Shown here one piece after another: positions 59,159 to 64,000 of a DNA stretch of 64,000 bases (position 1 is the first letter of the stretch; the number at the start of each line of letters is the position of its first letter). The translations under genes were made by a program, and so were the position numbers. The DNA is taken from NCBI GenBank assembly GCA_965250115.1, contig CBDFNJ010000002.1, positions 3,841,227 through 3,905,226 on the forward strand, given 5' to 3'. This DNA is from Candidatus Marinacidobacterales bacterium. Its GTDB lineage: Bacteria; Acidobacteriota; Vicinamibacteria; Marinacidobacterales; SMYC01. The notes below the pieces were generated by a model. That model ran no database searches. It saw only the letters and a list, made by a program, of their open reading frames with translations, and was not told the DNA's origin.

Positions 59159-59234
59159 TGGGGCTGGCGAAGGGATTTGAACCCCCGACCGGCTGATTAC
59201 AAATCAGCTGCTCTACCAACTGAGCTACGCCAGC
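59159..59234 (-). tRNA. tRNA-Thr (anticodon TGT), CCA encoded
   Basis: GCTGGCG-TA-GCTC..GAGC-A-GCTGA-TTTGTAA-TCAGC-CGGTC-GGGGG-TTCAAAT-CCCTT-CGCCAGC-C-CCA. Confidence 0.9.
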
Positions 59235-59247
59235 TTGCAAACGCATG

Positions 59248-59277
59248 ATTCTAACAGAGGCAGGCGGACTAGTGCAA
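59248..59277 (-). promoter_or_regulatory. Candidate promoter of the tRNA-tuf operon (TTGCAC-18 nt-TAGAAT), 13 nt upstream of tRNA-Thr
   Basis: Minus strand: -35 TTGCAC 59272-59277, -10 TAGAAT 59248-59253. A second candidate (TTGCCT-17 nt-TATACT) lies about 60 nt further upstream. Confidence 0.4.
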
Positions 59278-59383
59278 GGCATAAAGAACGGCTCCGGCGT
59301 GGCGACGGCCCAGAGGGAAGCCCGTAGTATAGCCGTGGCGGTGACCGGAGGCAAACGCTGAACTCAACGAAGGCTCGGCGTTT

Positions 59384-59492
59384 GGGGGGACAGGCCTTAA
59401 CTTCCGAGCTCCATCGTGGGGAAAAAAACTCTCCCTAGGGGGTGCCTTCGGTTAGGCAACGTTCCCGCCCGGAAGTTAAGGCCTGTCCCCCC
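59384..59492. repeat. Perfect 23-bp inverted repeat (GGGGGGACAGGCCTTAACTTCCG) separated by 63 nt; one arm contains the last codons and stop codon of rlmB
   Basis: Arm 59384-59406 is the exact reverse complement of arm 59470-59492. Confidence 0.9.
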
Positions 59493-60207
59493 TCTGTCTC
59501 ACCACCTCATACAACACCACTCCCGCGGCAACGGAGATATTCAAAGAGGCCACGTTGCCCAATTGAGGCAGTGAAACCAGCGCATCGCAGGTCGCGGCGA
59601 CCCGCTTTCTCAACCCCTTACCCTCCGAACCGAGTACGACGGCTACCGGGACGGTATAGTCGAAGCCGTGCCAGGGGTCCCTCGCTTCAGGGCTCAAACC
59701 GACGACCCACAGTCCCTTTTCCTTCAGCTCCGCCAGCGCATCGGACAAGTTGGTCACCCGTGCCATCCGGGCGTGAAAGAGCGCTCCCGCGGAGGCCGCG
59801 ATGGCGACGTCGGACGGCGGCGCCGTCTTCCGCTCTGGCACGACCACACCGTGTACCCCGGCGCCATCCGCGGCCCTGACGGTCGCCCCGAGGTTTCTCG
59901 GGTCCTCGACCTGGTCGAGAACGAGAATCAGTGCTGGGTCCGGGGCCTCTTCGATGAGAGTTTCTAGAGACGTCCAGGAAATCTCCGCGAGCTCGGCGAC
60001 CACACCCTGATGCGTGCCCTCGCCTCGCACGCGGCCGATCCGTGCCTTCGTCTCACGATAAACGGGAACGCCGTGAGAGCGCGCCAGCGTCAGGATCTCC
60101 CTTTTTCTCGAATCGAGGGGACCTTGAACGACGACGATCTTGCGAACCTTCTCGGGAGCCGCCCTCAGCGCCTCGCGGACCGCCTGGATGCCACCGACGA
60201 TCTTCAC
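59476..60207 (-). CDS. rlmB: 23S rRNA (guanosine-2'-O-)-methyltransferase RlmB (SpoU/TrmH family)
   Basis: N-terminal SpoU_sub_bind-like region, DQVEDPRNLGATVRAADGAG, LGSEGKGLR, SLNISVAAGVVLYE. Confidence 0.9.
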   Translation of the reverse strand: MKIVGGIQAVREALRAAPEKVRKIVVVQGPLDSRKREILTLARSHGVPVYRETKARIGRVRGEGTHQGVVAELAEISWTSLETLIEEAPDPALILVLDQVEDPRNLGATVRAADGAGVHGVVVPERKTAPPSDVAIAASAGALFHARMARVTNLSDALAELKEKGLWVVGLSPEARDPWHGFDYTVPVAVVLGSEGKGLRKRVAATCDALVSLPQLGNVASLNISVAAGVVLYEVVRQRGDRP

Positions 60208-60695
60208 GTCCGATCTCGGGCGGGTCCCACCGTCGCTATCGCCTGAACGGCGATGCCTTCGCCTCGGCCGGTAAAACCCATGCCGTCGGTCGTCGTGGCT
60301 TTCAAGCCCACCGACCCCTGCGATAGTCCGAGGAGGGTGACGAGATTCTCACGAATGGCGGGGAAGTAAGGAGACAACTGTGGCTCCTGGGCGATGACGA
60401 CGACGTCCACGTGGAAGACACGATGCCCTCGCTCGGAAACGATTGCGAGCGCCTTTTCTACGAAGAGCCGGCTCGCGGCACCCTGATATCGAACATCGCC
60501 CGACGGAAACAGCGATCCGATGTCGGGTGCGGCGACGGCGCCCAATAGGGCGTCGGTGACGGCATGCAGGAGCGCGTCCCCGTCGGAGTGCCCTTCGAGT
60601 CCTCGGGGGTAGTCGATCGTAACACCTCCCAGAATCAGCCTTTGCCCGGCAACGAGACGATGGGCGTCGAAGCCGATCCCAACTCGAAAGCTCAA
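60204..60695 (-). CDS. ispF: 2-C-methyl-D-erythritol 2,4-cyclodiphosphate synthase
   Basis: RVGIGFDAHRL...GHSDGDALLHAVTDALLGA. Confidence 0.96.
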   Translation of the reverse strand: MSFRVGIGFDAHRLVAGQRLILGGVTIDYPRGLEGHSDGDALLHAVTDALLGAVAAPDIGSLFPSGDVRYQGAASRLFVEKALAIVSERGHRVFHVDVVVIAQEPQLSPYFPAIRENLVTLLGLSQGSVGLKATTTDGMGFTGRGEGIAVQAIATVGPARDRT

Positions 60696-61393
60696 CCTCT
60701 AGACTCCTCTCGCAGATAGTATTCTACTCGCGCGAGATCCTCGGGAGAGGTGACTTTGATGTTGTACTCGCTTCCTGGCACGACCCAGACCGACTCGCCG
60801 AGGCGTTCTACCAGCGCCGCCTCGTCCGTCCCCACGAAACCGTCGCGGCGCGCGTTTTCTAGGGCACGGCGTAACAAATCGATTCTGAAACACTGCGGCG
60901 TCTGAGCCCGATAGAGCCTCGAGCGGTCCACTGTGCGGAGAATGGCTCCCTCGCCCGACACTTCTTTCAGTGTCTCGACGACGGGCATGGCAGGGATGGC
61001 GGCCCCGTACTCGGCTGCCGAGGCCACCAGGCGATCGACCATGGCCGGATCCACGAGAGGCCTCGCGCCATCGTGCACCGCGGCCAGGCCTCGATAGCTC
61101 TCCTCGATCATAGCAAGGCCCTCCCACGTGGATTCTTGACGCGACCGGCCGCCCGGGACGAGCATCGCGTCATCTTCGACGAAGCGCGCCAATCGTTGCT
61201 TCGCCGCGGCGAAACCATCTCTCGGCAGGACGACGATGGTTCTCGAGATCCTCGGTGAGGCCGCGATCCGCTCCACGGTGTGAGCGAGGAGCGGTCTTCC
61301 CTGAACCGGTAGGAACTGTTTCGGCACCGAAGAACCGAAACGGCTGCCGCTTCCTCCGGCCAGGACGATGGCGATGGCTTGCGTCGAGCTCAT
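60692..61393 (-). CDS. ispD: 2-C-methyl-D-erythritol 4-phosphate cytidylyltransferase
   Basis: AIVLAGGSGSRFGSSVPKQFLPVQGRPLL. Confidence 0.95.
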   Translation of the reverse strand: MSSTQAIAIVLAGGSGSRFGSSVPKQFLPVQGRPLLAHTVERIAASPRISRTIVVLPRDGFAAAKQRLARFVEDDAMLVPGGRSRQESTWEGLAMIEESYRGLAAVHDGARPLVDPAMVDRLVASAAEYGAAIPAMPVVETLKEVSGEGAILRTVDRSRLYRAQTPQCFRIDLLRRALENARRDGFVGTDEAALVERLGESVWVVPGSEYNIKVTSPEDLARVEYYLREESRG

Positions 61394-62064
61394 TCAACCG
61401 TGCCCGTCCGACTGGGTAAAAGGTTCCGGTTCACGATCTCGCGAACCTGCTCGGCGAGCTCTCCCGCCTGCTCTTCAGTCCAACCCTCCACCGAGATCGG
61501 CCGATCGATAGTGAGCCTGACCGTTCGTGGATAGACCGTGACTGCTCCCCGCTTCATCACTAGATGGCTGTCCATGATCGTCAGCGGCACGACGTCCGTC
61601 TCCGCCTTTATAGCCAATCGAAAGCTCCCCTTCTTGAACGCTCGTATCACGCCGTCGTAGCTGCGCGTTCCCTCTGGGAAGACGGCGACTGCAGTGCCAT
61701 TCCGAATCCGCTCGACGGCATGCTCGAGGCTTTCCTTGGCTTTAGTGGCATTCTCGCGCTCGACCGCAACGTGTCCACTCAGGAAGAGATGCCAACCGAG
61801 GAACGGAATTCGGTTCAAGGACTTCTTGTACAGGATGCGAAAGGACAGGGGCAAATAGGCGAAGAGAATCGGGGTATCGAACAAACTCTGGTGATTGGAG
61901 GCGATGACGTAAGTCCGGCCCGGCTCGAGGTTCGAAGCACCCGAGACCAAGACCTTCACCATGCAGGTCTTGAGAATGAGCCAGGCCCAGAGGCACGCGA
62001 CTCGATGGGAGGGGTTCCCGCTCCGAAAAAAGAGAGCCAGCAGGAGGGAGAGGCTTCCGCACAC
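61390..62064 (-). CDS. plsC: 1-acyl-sn-glycerol-3-phosphate acyltransferase (PlsC family); N-terminus uncertain
   Basis: NHQSLFD (HX4D), FPEGTRS. The only canonical start is GTG 62064, but the in-frame upstream sequence looks like part of the protein (see finding). Confidence 0.85.
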   Translation of the reverse strand: MCGSLSLLLALFFRSGNPSHRVACLWAWLILKTCMVKVLVSGASNLEPGRTYVIASNHQSLFDTPILFAYLPLSFRILYKKSLNRIPFLGWHLFLSGHVAVERENATKAKESLEHAVERIRNGTAVAVFPEGTRSYDGVIRAFKKGSFRLAIKAETDVVPLTIMDSHLVMKRGAVTVYPRTVRLTIDRPISVEGWTEEQAGELAEQVREIVNRNLLPSRTGTVE

Positions 62065-62164
62065 GATCGTATAGATCGTGACGAGCGGAATGAACCAATA
62101 GAGCGTCCGGAACTTCGGGATGTCGATGGCGATGCCCTCGGGTTAGGGAGACGACGAGCGAACG

Positions 62165-63172
62165 TTAGAAACTAGCGAGACGCCACTGCCGTCTGAGGAT
62201 GCTCGATCGCTTTGCCGCCGTCGTCTGGAGCACGCTCGTCACGGTGATATCCACGTTCTTGCCGAGAAGCTTTCGCGCGTTGTCGACGACCACCATCGCG
62301 CCATCGTCCAGATAGGCGACACCTTGGTTGTACTCCTTGCCTTCCTTGAGAATAAACACGCGCATGAACTCACCGGGAAGCACGACCGGTTTGAGGGCGT
62401 TGGCGAGCTCGTTGATATTGAGGACCAGAACGCCTCGCACCTGTGCCACTTTGTTGAGGTTGAAATCGTTGGTGACGATCTTGGCATCGAGCTCCCTGGC
62501 TAGCTCGATGATTTTCAGATCCACTTCCTTGACATCAGGGAAGTCGATCTCCGAAATATCGACGTCGATATCGGCCATCTTGCGGACCTTCTGCAGGATG
62601 TCGAGGCCTCGACGACCCCGATTCCGCTTGAGGGAGTCGGCGGAATCCGCGACCTGCTGCAGCTCCTTCAAGACAAACTGAGGGATCACCAGGGTTCCAT
62701 CCATGAATCCGGTCTCGCAGATGTCCGCGATGCGTCCGTCTATGATCACGCTCGTATCGAGGATCTTGACGTTTCTGACTGTCTTTTTTCCGTGGAAGTA
62801 GGCCTTGACGGATAAGGGATCGAACCACTCGCCCTTCTTCCAGCCGAGCATCAGCCCGACGTAGGCGAAAAACAACAGGGCGAGGGATTGCCAGAGGATC
62901 TGAGTGCTCGGTGCCATCGGAATCTTGGCGAGAGGAACGCTCACGAGAAGAGCGAAGAGCACGCCGAGTAACGCGCCCAGAAACGCTCCGGCCACTTGTT
63001 GCGCGTTCACGGCACGGATACTGGTCCCCATGAAAATCATGGCGGCCCCGACCGCAGCACCGAGAACCAGGTTGGAAGCCAAGCCCCAGGGAAGCGGGCT
63101 CGACGCCATGAAGGCGGCCGCCACGCCCGCGATCAGCAATGCACGTATCAACAAAATCCACATGACCGTCAC
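62165..63172 (-). CDS. PIN/TRAM domain membrane protein (YacL-like)
   Basis: N-terminal TM helices, then [55 protein letters not shown] (PIN) and a C-terminal TRAM ([16 protein letters not shown]...VTSVLQT). Confidence 0.88.
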   Translation of the reverse strand: MTVMWILLIRALLIAGVAAAFMASSPLPWGLASNLVLGAAVGAAMIFMGTSIRAVNAQQVAGAFLGALLGVLFALLVSVPLAKIPMAPSTQILWQSLALLFFAYVGLMLGWKKGEWFDPLSVKAYFHGKKTVRNVKILDTSVIIDGRIADICETGFMDGTLVIPQFVLKELQQVADSADSLKRNRGRRGLDILQKVRKMADIDVDISEIDFPDVKEVDLKIIELARELDAKIVTNDFNLNKVAQVRGVLVLNINELANALKPVVLPGEFMRVFILKEGKEYNQGVAYLDDGAMVVVDNARKLLGKNVDITVTSVLQTTAAKRSSILRRQWRLASF

Positions 63173-63208
63173 TCTCGGATTCGAGCCGGCTCGGGCCGGC
63201 TCACGTCT

Positions 63209-64000
63209 TCAGAAAATCAATTCCATCATTTGCGAAATATTGCTCACTCCCACGACCTCGAGCTCCTTCGGAACCTCGGGAACGGGGTAATTGCCCGAAG
63301 GCACGACGGCCCGCTCGAAACCGAGACGAGCCACCTCTTTGACGCGAAGCGCTACCTGCTGCGCGGGCCTGACTTCTCCCGCGAGACCCACTTCACCGAC
63401 GAGTACCGTTTCCCCGCGGATGGGTTGCCCGCGAAAGCTCGATGCGATCGAGGCAGTCAAGCCGAGGTCCGCCGTCGGCTCGCTCACGGAAAGTCCGCCC
63501 GCGACGTTCACGTAAACGTCCTCCCCACCGAGGGAGAGATCGGCCCGTTTCTCGAGGACGGCCAGAAGAAGAGAGACCCGGTTGGCGTCGACACCTACCG
63601 CTACGCGGCGCGGATAGCCGAAGCCCGAAGTCGAGACGAGAGACTGGATCTCCATCAATAGCGGACGGGTACCCTCGAGCGAGCAGATCACTGCCGAGCC
63701 GGGACTGCCCTTCGGCCTCTCCGAGAGGAACAGGCCTGATGGATTTACGACGGGCCGAAGCCCGTCGCCCGCCATCTCGAACACGCCCAGCTCGCCGGCC
63801 GCCCCATAGCGATTTTTCACCGCTCGCACCACGCGGTGAGAATGATGGCTTTCGCCCTCGAAGTAGAGAACGGTATCGACCATGTGCTCGAGGGCCTTGG
63901 GACCGGCCAGGTTGCCCTCCTTGTTCACGTGACCTATCAAAAAGACTGGAGTATCCGAGGACTTGGCGTAGTAGAGAAGCTCCGCAGTAACTTCTCTCAC
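63209..64000 (-). CDS. radA: DNA repair protein RadA, C-terminal part (continues beyond the window end)
   Basis: IGHVNKEG..AGPKALEHMVDTVLYFEG, KNRYG, and the Lon-protease-like C-terminal domain. Confidence 0.93.
   Translation of the reverse strand: MREVTAELLYYAKSSDTPVFLIGHVNKEGNLAGPKALEHMVDTVLYFEGESHHSHRVVRAVKNRYGAAGELGVFEMAGDGLRPVVNPSGLFLSERPKGSPGSAVICSLEGTRPLLMEIQSLVSTSGFGYPRRVAVGVDANRVSLLLAVLEKRADLSLGGEDVYVNVAGGLSVSEPTADLGLTASIASSFRGQPIRGETVLVGEVGLAGEVRPAQQVALRVKEVARLGFERAVVPSGNYPVPEVPKELEVVGVSNISQMMELIF

Noticed and set aside
62165-62230. Suspected frameshift at the C-terminus of the PIN/TRAM protein, because the tail ([20 protein letters not shown]) differs from the B. subtilis YacL tail as I remember it (QTAAGRMIFAK...).
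   Set aside because: Neither alternative frame gives a better match, and C-termini of this family are variable. There is no positive evidence of a lesion.

Overview
High-GC (about 60%) bacterial chromosome segment, possibly Acidobacteriota-like, though I cannot confirm that without a search. Positions 25.7-59.3 kb hold an almost uninterrupted minus-strand translation/transcription super-cluster. In transcription order it runs: tRNA-Thr/Tyr/Gly/Thr, tuf, rpmG, tRNA-Trp, secE, nusG, rplKAJL, rpoBC, rpsL, rpsG, fusA, tuf, then the S10, spc and alpha operons through rplQ. I found rpmJ, rpmG, five tRNAs and corrected starts for many genes by hand translation, because they are absent from or over-extended in the ORF track. 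rpoC, rpsL, infA and secE appear to start at TTG. The right flank (59.4-64 kb) is rlmB-ispF-ispD-plsC-PIN/TRAM(yacL-like)-radA. The left 25 kb is accessory. It holds a partial ISAzo13-family IS, a TetR plus RND/MMPL exporter pair, a lipoprotein, a tandem USP, an ALDH7-like dehydrogenase, a GT39-like membrane glycosyltransferase and thiI. It also holds an amidohydrolase gene cut by a complete ISL3 element, a SixA-like phosphatase with an in-frame TAG, and a Ser/Thr kinase-WD40 protein. The remainder is a 2-hydroxyacid dehydrogenase plus aminotransferase, a secreted coiled-coil ORF pair, a pilM/N/O(P)-like cluster and a second EF-G paralogue. I saw no CRISPR array, rRNA or prophage. The observations most worth a second look are these: (1) an eight-cysteine insertion of about 60 aa in RpoB. 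(2) Both IS transposases are broken at A AAA AAA runs exactly where a -1 slip restores the canonical protein. (3) The ISL3 insertion has an intact 8-bp target duplication. (4) An orphan PilMNO-PilP-like module. (5) An in-frame amber codon in sixA. (6) A 23-bp perfect inverted repeat that includes the rlmB stop codon. (7) The rpmG stop codon overlaps the tRNA-Trp 5' end. Several accessory genes carry lesions while the core cluster is intact, so either this is real decay or there are homopolymer/assembly errors. Read-level checks are needed to decide.
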